Assembly: GCF_016433145.1 (NCBI RefSeq)
Contig: NC_058130.1
Span: 183,547,172-183,580,171, forward strand
Length of the DNA: 33,000 nucleotides
Origin: Gracilinanus agilis
Lineage: Eukaryota
Direction of reading: 5' to 3'
This document shows, in pieces, positions 10,383 through 21,775 of this stretch. The position numbers and the translations under genes are program-made. The notes under the pieces are model-generated. The model was given only the letters and a program-made list of their open reading frames with translations. It was not told where the DNA came from and did no database searches. The stretch's first letter is position 1, and each line of letters starts with the position of its first letter.

Positions 10383-11139
10383 AAGGCAACCTGTCCAGAC
10401 TCAAGGTTTTACCTTAAAGCTCTCCTACAATATATTTGTTTACCAGAACTTAGTTTCTGTTCTTACATATCTTGTTTTTCCTTTTGTTCTCCAGTATGTA
10501 TTCTTTTATAATGTTAAAAATAACCAAGTACATTTTGGGGATTTTTGTCATACATGTATGTTTTTTAAAAACTTGACATGCTCTTAGAACTAATGAGTTA
10601 TATTACAATATATTGAGGAGGAGAAAAACTGATTCAAATGATACCTATGGATTCAGAAACCAAAAACCCCTTGCCCTCCCTCCTTCAAGAAACTGAGGAA
10701 CCAAAGAGCTTGTTGAAATATATTAAAAGTTTTAAAAGAAACTCATTTGGGGGGCATTGTTTTATAATAAAGAAGCAGCTAGGTAGAACAAATAACCTGT
10801 TGCCTATTGCTTGTAATACTATTAAAGATATAAGCATACCTTATAAGTTAACAGTTCCTACAAAAAGTCTAATATTTCTCTGTAATATCAACAATTGAAG
10901 TGAAAGAACAAAGATTCAAAATGTATACTAGAGGTAAAGTGGTCCAGCATCTGGAGACTAAATTAAGATAGGAACTTGGTTGTGAAAGATTTGAGAGAAA
11001 GCTTGGTAATGTTTGTGAAAATCCTTTTCCCAAGGAAAATATTCTAACAGCCAAGAAACTTCAATATGGACCTATTATTCTGTTGTAATGTACTCAATGT
11101 TCTACATCAAAGTCATTGAGCTATAAAGTATATGAAAAG

Positions 11140-11290
11140 GAACTCAAAGATCAGTTGATACAATAACCTCTTTTTACATACTGGGAAACTGAAGCCTATT
11201 GAGGAGAAATGCCTTAGGACATGAAATCACAGAGGCAGGAGTAAAAATGGGCTAATGAGCTTCTGACTCTCAAGTCCAATATTCTTTTCC
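11140..11290 (-). mobile_element. MIR
   Basis: ctctttttacatactgggaaactgaagcct..ttctgactctcaagtccaatattctttcc. Confidence 0.5.
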
Positions 11291-11379
11291 TGAAAACATG
11301 TTGCTTCTATTAACAATTTGGTGAAATGAATGGTTTTAGCTTCTTTAAGTGATTTCAGTAAGTCAATAAGCCTCTCCAT

Positions 11380-11502
11380 GAGATTATAAGATCCTTAAGG
11401 CCAAGGAGTGTCTTTTGCTCTTTTTTGTATCCCCAGAGCTTAGCACAGTGCCTGGAACATAGGAGACACTTAATAAATGTTGACTGATTGATTGAATGAA
11501 TT
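11380..11502 (+). mobile_element. L2 3' end
   Basis: ttgtatccccagagcttagcacagtgcctggaacataggagacacttaataaatgttgactgattgattgaatgaa. Confidence 0.85.
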
Positions 11503-11590
11503 AACAGTTGTTAAAAACTACTATGTGTCGGGCACAGTGCCGAGTGGCAAGAATACACTGAAAGGCAAAAGATAATCCTTGACCTGGAAG
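11495..11590 (-). mobile_element. L2 3' end, tail-to-tail with the previous element
   Basis: ttaaaaactactatgtgtcgggcacagtgc..gaatacactgaaaggcaaaagataatccttgacctggaag. Confidence 0.55.
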
Positions 11591-11721
11591 TATTTTCTAA
11601 TAATTTTCAAACTTATTTCACAAAAAATATCAAACTATTAAAATCATTGTTCCACACCCCTAAGAATCATATATTGAGGAATATTTCTAAAATAGCAGGC
11701 ACACTTAAAGACATAGACTCA

Positions 11722-12110
11722 TTGAATGTTAGAACTGAAAGGAATCTAAGAAATCATATAATCCATCAACTTCATCTTATAGATCAGGGGTCGGCAACGT
11801 ATGGCTCTCGAGCCATATCTGGCTCTTTTGAGGGCCAGATATGGCTCTTTCTGCAGGAGCCATAAAGTCAATTTTTTTCAGGCACTGTTACAGTGCACTG
11901 TTACAGGAGCACGTACTGTGAGACTGTATTGGCTCTCACGAAATTACATTTTAAAAAATGTGGCGTTTATGGCTCTCAGGGCCAAAAAGGTTGCCAACCC
12001 CTGTTATAGATGAAGAAACAAAGGACCACAGAAATTAAGTGATCTAAGGCCATATAGTTGGCTGGTGATAGGCACAAAATTAGAAGCAAGTCCTATCTTT
12101 CAATGCAGTT
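11722..12110 (-). mobile_element. MIR split by a hAT MITE
   Basis: agaactgaaaggaatctaagaaatcat..cttcatcttatagat | ttatagatgaagaaacaaaggaccacagaaattaagtga. Confidence 0.7.
11785..12003 (+). mobile_element. complete 219-bp non-autonomous hAT-Charlie element (MITE)
   Basis: TIRs caggggtcggcaac / gttgccaacccctg (13/14); perfect 8-bp TSD ttatagat (11777-11784, 12004-12011); repeated subterminal TGGCTC motifs. Confidence 0.92.
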
Positions 12111-13184
12111 TTCTTTCTACCATATGTAATTCTCCATAATTTTACAAAGAATAACCTAAGTTAAATATTAAACTTTATATTTTAAAAAATTATTCCAACA
12201 TAAATTTTTATTGGTATTAGCTCTTAAAACTGATGGGCAAAACATTTCTAAGAGTTGAAAAATCTCTGAAATTCATGATGAACAAAATTTTCAGAACAAT
12301 TCTGAAATAACTATTTAAGATTTGGAAATTGAACTTAAATGGTGTACATATGTCAGAGAGACAAACATATACACAGAAAAGACAAACATTTTTCATTCCT
12401 ACACATTTTATGTTTAACATGACATAAATAGCATTAATAATCTTATAGGTATAATATACTACACTGAGAGAAAAATATGCAAACAGCAGGTGTAAGGTAA
12501 ACATATAGGTATAAAAAATTAATGAGCATTGTCCCAATTGAAGGTATAAATGAACAACAAACTCTGAAATCAGATCTCAAAGACTTCCAAAGACAGTGAA
12601 AATTAAAGGACTTTTAACCATCTTGATATCTACATAAGATAATCATGACTTAGTTGGATCTTCACAAGCTATTTCTACATTGCCACTGCACAATGCTCTT
12701 CACAGTGTGAAAAGTTCTTAATTTGTTTGTCAATAATTTCATGCTTCACTAGGTAGAAGTAATTACAAAGGGACCAGATTCTAACCAATAAAAAACATGT
12801 TACCATAGTGTAATCTTGGGAAACACTGATGATGATTGTATTATAAATCATGATAAATAATGAGGGGAAATGTCTGGAAAATAGCTGACAAGTACTGTCT
12901 TCTCTGGGGAAGAAAGATTTCAGAGCATCAGCTAAAGGATAGGCAGGAACCCATACTCCAAGATTTTACTTGGAAAAGTCGGATTAAGAGAAATTTAAGG
13001 TTCTCAAAAATGAAATTCTAACTACACAAAACCAGATTTTTTTGAAGAAGAAAAAGTAATTATCTGAAGACATCAAATGTCATAAGAGCAGAATTCACTG
13101 ACAAACAGACTTTTAAAAGCTTTACAGAAAATAGAAGCAATGATTGAAAGCAGGAGGGGAAAAGAAAATAAAAGAATAATAATC

Positions 13185-13630
13185 TAAGAGGGTTCCTTGG
13201 ATTGGGGAATGGCTGAACAAAATGTGGCATATAAATATAACGGAAAATAATTGTGCCATAAGAAATAGCAAAAGAGACAATTTCAGAAAATCCTAGCAGT
13301 ATAAGCTGATGCAGAATGAAGTGTACAAAACCATAAAAACAAATTATAAAAAGAAAACAACATTAAAACAATTTTGAAATATTTTAAGAACTCTGATTGA
13401 TCATGTTGCCAGAGGACCTATGGCAAAACATATTATAAACTCCTTACTGAGAGATCATGGAAATAAGATGTAGAAAAAGACATGCATTTTCATGACAGGA
13501 TCATTATGTGGATTCATTTGTTTGACTATGCATCCTTATTACAAGACTTTTTCCCTATTACTCTTGACTTTTAATTCAGTGGGCCATGGGTTCTTGAGGT
13601 TGGGAAAAAGTGATGCTTAAAAAGAGGGTA
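13185..13630 (+). mobile_element. old L1 ORF2-end and 3'UTR fragment
   Basis: ggggaatggctgaacaaaatgtggcatataaat..gtgccataagaaat..ctgatgcagaatgaagtg. Confidence 0.65.
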
Positions 13631-13834
13631 GGGTGAGACAGTAATTTTTTTATTAATGTGAAGAAAAGAACAGGTGGAAGCACAGACAAGCAAGAGAGTT
13701 CTGAAAGTAACAAGTAAAATATTTTAGTTACACACATGCCAATTTAAAGGTTCATTTTTTTGTTGTTTTTCCTGAAGAAGGAAGTATTCTTTTAAAATTC
13801 AGGATTTTAAAAATTCAAACATAAAAGTAAAAAC

Positions 13835-13925
13835 AAAATGAATATGTACTGTAAGAAATGACAAATGTTCTGAATACAGAGAAGCATGGAGAACTATATA
13901 AACTGATACAGGCTGAAGTAAGCAG
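13835..13925 (+). mobile_element. old L1 fragment
   Basis: tgtactgtaagaaatgacaaa..gaactatataaactgatacaggctgaagtaagcag. Confidence 0.5.
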
Positions 13926-13964
13926 TTGCTGTTCCTAACCCACAAGTTCCATGTATGCTTTTGC

Positions 13965-14300
13965 CCTCTCAGTTCCCCATTCAAAGAATGCTCTCTCTTC
14001 CAACCTCTGACTCTTAGACTCCTGGACTTTCATTAAGACTTAAATGAAGGGCCAACTTCTCCAGGAACCCTTGCCTGCCCTTCTCTCTGCTCTGTTGTAG
14101 CTAATGCCAACCCTTCCAAAGTAATCACCTATCTACTCTGTATGTATCTAATGTTCTGGTTCAGATGTATTGTCTCTCCTATTAGGAATGTAAGCCCCTT
14201 GAAGGCAGGAACTGTTTTTGCTTTTCCTTTATATCCTTAATCCTTAGTACAGAGCCTAGCACATAATGATAAGCATATAATAAGTGCTCATTAATTAATT
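13965..14300 (+). mobile_element. L2 3' end
   Basis: tgtctctcctattaggaatgtaagccccttgaaggcaggaactg..ttagtacagagcctagcacata. Confidence 0.75.
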
Positions 14301-15619
14301 TAATTTGCTTAATTCCATTACCATCCTCTGTCTTTCTTAAATCCTGCTTTCCATGCACCCTGCTTCTGACCTTTACACTGGCCCTTTCCCATTTGGAAAG
14401 GGTATTCTATCTGATTGGGAGCAAAAATTTATCACAGTAATTTTTCACTGAGGCCCAGTACACTAGGTACTACTGACCTAAGCCCAATTCATCCATATTA
14501 CTTCTCACATTTAACCATTTTATACATTTACCAAGTATGCCTTAAGAGTAGAGCTCCACCCAGAAGGGGCAGTGCCTCCCATATTCAATCCTCTAATCCC
14601 TTCTCTATCATAACAAGGTAACTCTTCCTAGGAGCATGGAAGAGGCTTTGACAGAAGCCACTCTCTGCCTCAAAAAGGAAAGCAATTATAAAAAAGGGCC
14701 CAAAATAGTGCAAGCCTGAAAAGCTGAATCCCAGCCACTATAATTATAAGTATTTTTATCTATCTCCCCAAAAAAGAGAACTAGATCATTTTCCAAGTGT
14801 CTCTCTGAGGGCATTCATCTATTCTTTCTCAAGAAATGAAATCCAGACATACCACCAAAAATAAGGCCTTTAACAACACTGGTATCCCTACATACACCAG
14901 AATTCACCATGGATAATACAAACCAAAACCATGTTTCCTATCAAAGTCAACAGGAAATCAAAGCAAAAGGGGAAAATGCCAGAAGTCAGTGAATTCATAA
15001 TATATATCCATAGCCTAAAGATCTGTAGCCTACTGATCTACCATGTTCACTTCTGATTACCAGTTCCAGACCAAAAGAAGTTTCTTTTTCTCTATATAAG
15101 TATCTGTAAAAATGGTACAAATTCAAATACATACTTCCTGACTACTGACATACAAACAAGAGAAAACAAATATGAAAAAACAAAATAATAGCAAGTTCCA
15201 TTCACCTGTATGGAGAATAATATATCATGCATCAAATAAAACCTTATCTAGAGGCTAGAAAACTTTAGTATCATTGCAAAGCTGTAATATTTATTCCATT
15301 TATTGGTCCACCTATGCAAAAATTTCAAAGTTATAGTGTTGGTCTCATTGCTTTTTTAATAAAAATTGCAATAAATACACAAAAAGAATAATCCCTTAGC
15401 AGAAATGGACTAAACCATGTATCTTACATTAATGGAGTGCCATAGTGAAGAATGAATGCTGTTCTAGTATGAGAGAGAAGGACAACAGACAAGCTGCACT
15501 GAGACAGAACCTCTTACTGAAAAATTTTCACCCCATAGTTCTGTAAATTAAATATTAATTTAAGCTAAGATGGCCCTCTTTTAAAATTCATAATGGTAAT
15601 AAAAATAAAATAATTATTT

Positions 15620-15832
15620 ATAAAAGGTCTTAAGGGTTACCAAGTACTATAAATACATCATATTTCATTCAAGCCTCATAGCATCATTATTCTCACATAG
15701 TAGATGAGTATAATGAGGCTCTAGGAATTAAGGGATTTGCTCAAGGTTACAATAAGAAGTGGATGAGTTCAGACACAGCCCAAATCTTCTGGCTCCAATT
15801 TCAGTGCTTTCTGTACCATACAACATCTGCCT
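15620..15832 (-). mobile_element. MIR
   Basis: cattattctcacatagtagatgagtataatgaggctctagg..gatttgctcaaggttaca..ctggctccaatttcagtgcttt. Confidence 0.6.
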
Positions 15833-17480
15833 ACCAAATACTCCCTAAAAGGGTTACAATCATTTCCACTTTGGTGTAAAGGGCTGCCACCTGAGAATCA
15901 ATCACTACTAGAATGGATTCAGCTTACCTAAGGCTTACTAAGGAGGACAAAAGACCAGGAGGTTTGCCTCCTTGCAAACCCCTAACCATACACATTCAAA
16001 TAATGAAAGTATAGAATTTTGTGTCCTCAGGTGTGACTGCTGAGTGGGAAATAGATAACTAATCTCTAAAGAGAAGAGTTGGTCTACCTTCTATCACATT
16101 TTCCATAATTACTAGACACTCTGTTCCCTGCTACCCCCAACACTAAATTACTGCTGCTATCACTACTAATCTCTTTCACTTTATTCTCTCATCTGTCCAT
16201 GTTTACCTTTGTTTCTCTCTTCTGAGTTTTTCCAGTTTTCAGGCCAAAAAAAAAAGGTGGTCTGTCGAGAATGCCAAACAAGCAGGACACTCTCCCTTCT
16301 GATCAGCAAACTGACTACTCAATATGTATTATTAGGCATACTCTTCAAGCCTGAATTTTTTCCACTGCAGTTTTCACTGTCACTTGGCAGCAAAGCAGCA
16401 ACTCATAATCCTAGAGCATCAAAGATGGATGTGATTTTGCTTTTTTTTTTTCCCCCCCCATGGGGGAATAGGCAGTATGGTGTACCTCTGGTTTTGTGGT
16501 TAACAGTTCCAAAAACTGGATTTAAAGTTAGTCAAAATTTAATCAAATATTTAGATTATATGTTCATATTCACACTATCCCAATTGAAATGGATCATATG
16601 CAAGTAATTCAAATTTAGAATTATTTTAACAGTCACATAATTTAAAATAAAATATTACCAATTATTTTGCTTTTCTGATACATACAAAATTAAATCAATA
16701 CTTGGCATGTGTTTAAGCAGTTTGTTGTGTCAATTGACCAATTAATAAAACTACAGAAGTGAGCAATTAAAAAGTTGCTAGAAGGTATTCAAGAAAGCTG
16801 TGATTAGAAGTTTCAGCCAAAAAAAGTCCTGGGTTAATGTAATGGAAATATTATTCATATAAAAAACATTACTGACAAAACTTTCAAAAAATAAAAAATA
16901 ATGAAAAAAGTAATTTGGGTAGTAAATGCCACTTTAGGAGTAAACATAAGTAAATCTATAAGAATATTAAGATTCTCTTATGAATCTTTCTTGGCTCCTT
17001 TACTAGTCATCCAGCTCATTTTACTAGAAGTGTCACTTCCTAATGATCACCAAGTTGGGAGAACCTATTCTGGAAGGATGAAAACAACCCATAGCCACCA
17101 ATAACTAACCCCAGAATCATCACTATCATTCAGAATTTCTATTTCACATCATTTGCAAATAAATAAGTAAAATTTCCAATCAAATTATATATTCTTTAAA
17201 GTTCCTTAACACTTAAAAATTCTCTCAGGGATAAGGACTGAACTTTCCACCATTACTTATTCCCTATAGCATATCAGGAAAGTATCTTTCCTACTAATCA
17301 AAGCTAAGAAAATGAAGGCATCATAGACAAACAAGACAGCTTTGAAAGTGAGCATGTTAAATTTATTCTATTCTTAAAAAGAAATGCAAGTTCTATGCAA
17401 TGAAGATAGTTTCCTGTACAATCTTTTGCTGTTCTACAATATATATGGAAATGCTCATTTAATTCAATGCTTAAGTTAAG

Positions 17481-17535
17481 AATAAAAATTAAATTAAAAT
17501 TTTAAAAAATTAAAATTAAAATTAAAAATTTTTAA
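17481..17535. repeat. AT-rich low-complexity repeat (aaatt/aaaatt)n
   Basis: aataaaaattaaattaaaattttaaaaaattaaaattaaaattaaaaatttttaa. Confidence 0.8.
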
Positions 17536-18362
17536 ATGAAGGCTCAGAAAAGTGAATGATGAAACTGGTTCACTATGAGAAAAGAATTAAAGTTTCAAGT
17601 CACATTCAGAACTCATATCCTAGGAAGTCCAGTTAATACATCAATTAATATTTGCACTATTTCTTAAGTCATCTTTTTCCTTTAAGGTCCCTCCTAGATT
17701 CAGGCAAAGTAGATCCTAGGGCCAAAAACCCAAAGAGCAAACCCTTTTAAAATCACCACCACCACTAGTTCCACATTTTCAAAGGTAACCATCCATACTA
17801 CTGGCCACCTTTCACCATAAGATTATTTGTTCTGGAGACTCTCAGACCCCCAACATTCTTACCTCTATGAGCTTTCTTTCATAGGAGCTTGCTAGTTCCT
17901 CACTGACTTCTACAGGCTTTTGCTCAGGGACCGTAACCTCTCCATCAATGTTCCAAAGGTTTGGCACAACTTTAGAAAAAGAAAGACATTGCATGAATAT
18001 TTTAGCATTACTAGGAAATTATACTCTCAGTAAAACATTTTATCTCTTTCCAAAATGCTTCTCTAGAGAGAGTGCTCTTTTTAAAATCACAATTGCTAAT
18101 TACTATAACAGCAAATTTTTCACACAAGTACAATAATATGAATGACAAGCTGTAAAAAATATTGTAAGTGTTGTTATGAGGACAAATGTAAGAAACCCTG
18201 GCGATAATCTTTGCACCACTTGCTATTCCCAGTGAAAAATATCTATCACCTTGACAAAATATGTATATATGAAAAATATACATATACATATTCACTTTTA
18301 TCCTTTAATCTCATGAATGTTCCCATTCCTTGATCAAAAAGGCAATCCATTGAAGTGATTAC

Positions 18363-18383
18363 TACATATGGTAATCATATGGC
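18363..18383 (-). other. candidate 21-nt microexon or strong 3' splice site
   Basis: ctccctctcttttttttctttacAG|GCCATATGATTACCATATGTA|GTAATC; 66-nt AG-free zone; donor is weak. Confidence 0.3.
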
Positions 18384-18639
18384 CTGTAAAGAAAAAAAAG
18401 AGAGGGAGTATGCAAAACAGAAAGGGGGAGGAAGATAAATTTTATACAGAGCTATTGAGAAATGGCACTACACCATAAAAATCTCAAAATGAAAACTTCT
18501 AGAATTGTTATTTTTGAAATAAAGATCGAAAAATATAATGAAAATAATTTCAACTATTTAATCACATTCTCCCAAGTTGCCATTTGAAAATAGCTTCTGC
18601 TTTAAAAGAAACTATCTGTAATAAGAATAAATGCTAATA

Positions 18640-18740
18640 TTGTGCTTTACAATTACAAAACAAATCTAATATGCTTCATCTCACTCTATCCTCACAACTG
18701 TCCTGTTATCTACATTTTACAGATGAAGAAACAGAGGCCG
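18640..18740 (-). mobile_element. MIR fragment
   Basis: atcctcacaactgtcc..acattttacagatgaagaaacagaggc. Confidence 0.6.
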
Positions 18741-18924
18741 CAAACCAGGTGAACTGTTTTAATTGATAGGAAAAGATTGCTCAGCTCTTCTGCTTACAAG
18801 TCAGAGGATTATGTTAGTTAATTAAAGAACTTAGATCTAAAAAGGGAATTAAAGATCTAACTCTTTTTATTAATGAAAAAGGCCCAGAGAGATTAAATCA
18901 ACACCAAACTTCTAAACAGGGTTA

Positions 18925-19740
18925 GCTAGCCTTGATCCATCTATTTTCCCATCTCTCCATTCACTTCTCAAGTCTTATTAAACTGGTTTCTATTACTACA
19001 ATTCAGTTAATACTATTCTCTCTCTGAGGCAGCCAAAGATCTTCTCAGTGCAATGAACTTTACTCTGTCCTCATCCTAACTGACCATTTTGCAGTTTTTA
19101 CACTGCTGACTACCCGCTCCTTCTAGGTAATTCTTCCCTCCCACGGTTTATCTGACAATGCTTTCTCTTTGTTCCCTTTCTGATGTCTAAAATTTCCACC
19201 TCAGTATCATTTGCTAGATTATTATGCTCTAAGTCTGTGGTCATTTACCAAGTCTCTGCCCTCAATCATTATTATCTTTTCTTTCTATATCCTTTCTCCC
19301 TCAGTGATCTTACCAACCTTCATGGATTTAATTATCATCTCTATGCAAAGGACTTCCAAATCAGCATGCCTACCAAAACTCTCTCTTGACTTCCAATTTT
19401 GCATTGGAGGATGTCTCCACCAGAACATTAAGTATTATTCTGAAAATTAACATATCTAAAAACCTTATTCTTCCTCAAAACATACCTAATTTTATGGAGG
19501 TTACTACCATCCTACCAGTTACCTGCAAATCTCAACCTCAGAGTCATCCTTGACTCTTCTTTCTTTCTTATTTGCCCATATCCAAACAGTTGCCAAATTA
19601 CATCAGTTTCTACCTTTATACCTCTCACATGGGCCCCACTGCCTACATTCACACAACTGCTACCCTATTTCAAGTGCTTGTGAGTACATTATTAAAACAG
19701 ACCTCCTTGTTTCTAGTTTCTTCCCTCCCTAATTCAAGCA
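18925..19740 (+). mobile_element. L2 LINE ORF2 (RT) remnant
   Basis: Reads HGFNYHLYAKDFQI (decayed L2 HLYADD RT motif) near 19320-19362; gtcatccttgactcttctttc..cccatatccaa is typical of L2. Confidence 0.85.
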
Positions 19741-19744
19741 CTAC

Positions 19745-19794
19745 AAATCAATCAATCAATGAGCTAACAAGCATTTATTAAGAATCTGTTATGT
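19745..19794 (-). mobile_element. L2 3' tail
   Basis: aatcaatcaatcaat..aacaagcatttattaagaatctgttatgtg. Confidence 0.6.
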
Positions 19795-19941
19795 GGGGTC
19801 AGCTCAGTAGCACAGTGAATAGTGTGAGGCCAGAGTCAGGAGGATCTAGATTCAAATCTAGCCTCAGACATGTCCTAGCTTTGTGACCCTGAGCAAGACG
19901 ATTAACCCCAATTGCCTAGTCCTTATCGCTCTTCTGTCTTA
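19795..19941 (+). mobile_element. marsupial CORE-SINE (Mar1/SINE1_Mdo-like)
   Basis: ggggtcagctcagtagcacagtgaatag..ttcaaatctagcctcagaca..ttaaccccaattgcctagtccttatcgctcttctgtctta. Confidence 0.85.
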
Positions 19942-19944
19942 TTT

Positions 19945-21370
19945 AACTTTTCTTTATTTTAATCCAGTAACAAATTTACAAAGTTTTCCATGGTTACATG
20001 ATTCATGTTGTCTTCCTCCCCGCTCCTGGAGCTGACAAGCTATTTCACTGGGTAATACATACATTATCACTCAAAATCTATTTCCATGGTATCCATTTTT
20101 GTAATAGAATAATCTTTTAAAACCAAAACCCCAAATAAGCAAAAAAATCATATATTTTCTTCTACATGATGTAATAAATAAACAATAGGGCTATGAAGGC
20201 TTATAATAGAGGGGCTGGTGGTACCCATGGGTCTTCCGGGCAGGGAGACTATCACTGCAGTATTTGTTGACTTGGGAGAGCCAGGGGTGTGTGGGCCTGA
20301 GCTGAAATGACAGTCAGGCTCCCTGTTGTCTGTAGGCTCCTTTAAGGTGAGGAGTGAGGAGCCCCTCCCTGCCAGTGAGAAACTGGAAGCCAACAAGATG
20401 GATGCCTCATCTAGCCCCCTCAGGAAAACAAGGGATAGCTATCTTCCTCCTCTTCATCCCCTGGCCCTAGTTGATGGTATAAATGAATTACTGAAGCTCT
20501 ATGAATAAGGCCAAGGGGTTTATTTAAACACAAGGGTAGACTGAGGGAGGAGGGTTAGGGTCTGGAGAAACTGTTACTAAGGGTAATTGGCCAGTGCTGG
20601 CAGAGGGCCTGAGAAGGTAAGGTCAGGCTGAGGGAACCAGCCCCTCAGCCAAGGATAAATTCCACTGCCCTGATGTAGAGTGGTCTATCAGCTTGACAAA
20701 TGAGGGTGATGGTCTAGTTTAGGGGTGTCCCTGCCTGGCAAAGTAAACTAATTTCCCCCATCCCACCTCCCAGCCAAATTCCCACCTCAAGGGCCCAAGG
20801 GGGAGTCCAAAGGGATAGCTGGATGTCTGGGTCAGGTCAAGGAAAATCAGAACCCCTAGGGTGGTTCTCCAGGGGAATTTATAGTGCCAGCTCCAACAGT
20901 CTGGTCGTGAGACCAGGGACTTGCTGGGTCAACATTCCATTCCCCTAACTGCCAGGATTGCCTCAGGTGAATTTGCAAATGCAAGAGAACTTGCACCAAT
21001 CCTGCATTACAGTTTCTACTCCAACAATTCTTTGTCTAGATGTGGATAGCATTCTTTTTCATAAGTCACTCAAAGTTGTCCTGGATCATTGCACTGCTGC
21101 TAGTAGCAACGTCTATTACATTTGATCATCCCACAGTATTTTAGAACAGTGTATAATGTTCTCCTGGTTCTGCTTATTTCACTCTGCATCAGTTCATATA
21201 GGTAGGTCTGTCCAGTTCTTTCTGAAATAATCCGATTCTTCATTCCTTATAGCACAATAGTATTCCATCACCATCATATACCACAATTTGTTCAGCCATT
21301 CCCTAATCAAAGGATATGCCATCAGTTTCCAAATTTTTGCCACCACAATATTTTTGTACATACAGATCTA
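19945..21370 (-). mobile_element. 5'-truncated L1_Mdo-like element split by an LTR (L1 parts 19945-20169 and 21012-21370)
   Basis: ttttccatggttacatgattcatg..; ctggttctgcttatttcactctgcatcagttcat..ccacaatttgttcagccattccc; TSD tcttattt at 19937-19944 and 21371-21378. Confidence 0.85.
20170..21011 (-). mobile_element. solo LTR inserted in L1
   Basis: 6-bp inverted ends tgtaat...attaca; GC-richer block; minus-strand AATAAA at 20519-20524; no clean TSD. Confidence 0.7.
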
Positions 21371-21394
21371 TCTTATTTTGAAGTACTTTAAATT

Positions 21395-21653
21395 AGACAG
21401 TATGGTGCTGGAACTAAAGTAAGAAAGATCTGAGATCAAATGTGACTTTAGACACATGCTAGTTGTGTGACTCTGGGCATGTCGTTTAACCTCTATCTAC
21501 CTTAGTTTCCTGATATTTAAATGAGGATCATAACACCTACTTCACAAGGCTACTATGAGGATCAAACAAGGAATCTGAAAAAAAAAAAAAAAAAAAGCTT
21601 AGCACAATGCCTGGCACACAGTAGGCACTATTAATAAATGTTTCCTTCCTTCC
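21395..21653 (+). mobile_element. MIR-type SINE with L2-derived tail and an internal A19 run (21578-21596)
   Basis: tgtgtgactctgggcatgtcgtttaacctct..cttagtttcctgat..gcttagcacaatgcctggcacacagtaggcac. Confidence 0.8.
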
Positions 21654-21654
21654 A

Positions 21655-21775
21655 GGAGAATACAAACACCTTGAGGGCAGAGACTATTTCCAGTTTTTTT
21701 TGTATTTGAATACTTTTCCATGCAATAGTAGCTACTTAATAAATGTTTACTGAATTGTGTTGAAATAACTGAACT
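21655..21775 (+). mobile_element. L2 3' end
   Basis: caccttgagggcagagact..tagtagctacttaataaatgtttactgaattg. Confidence 0.65.

Noticed and set aside
16455-16466. cccccatggggg palindrome
   Set aside because: Short and built from homopolymer runs; expected by chance
16209-16607. Longest ORF in the track (132 aa) and a minus-strand exon-like segment at ~16330-16400
   Set aside because: TTG start, runs through homopolymers, no known motifs; the minus segment has stops in all frames from its acceptor
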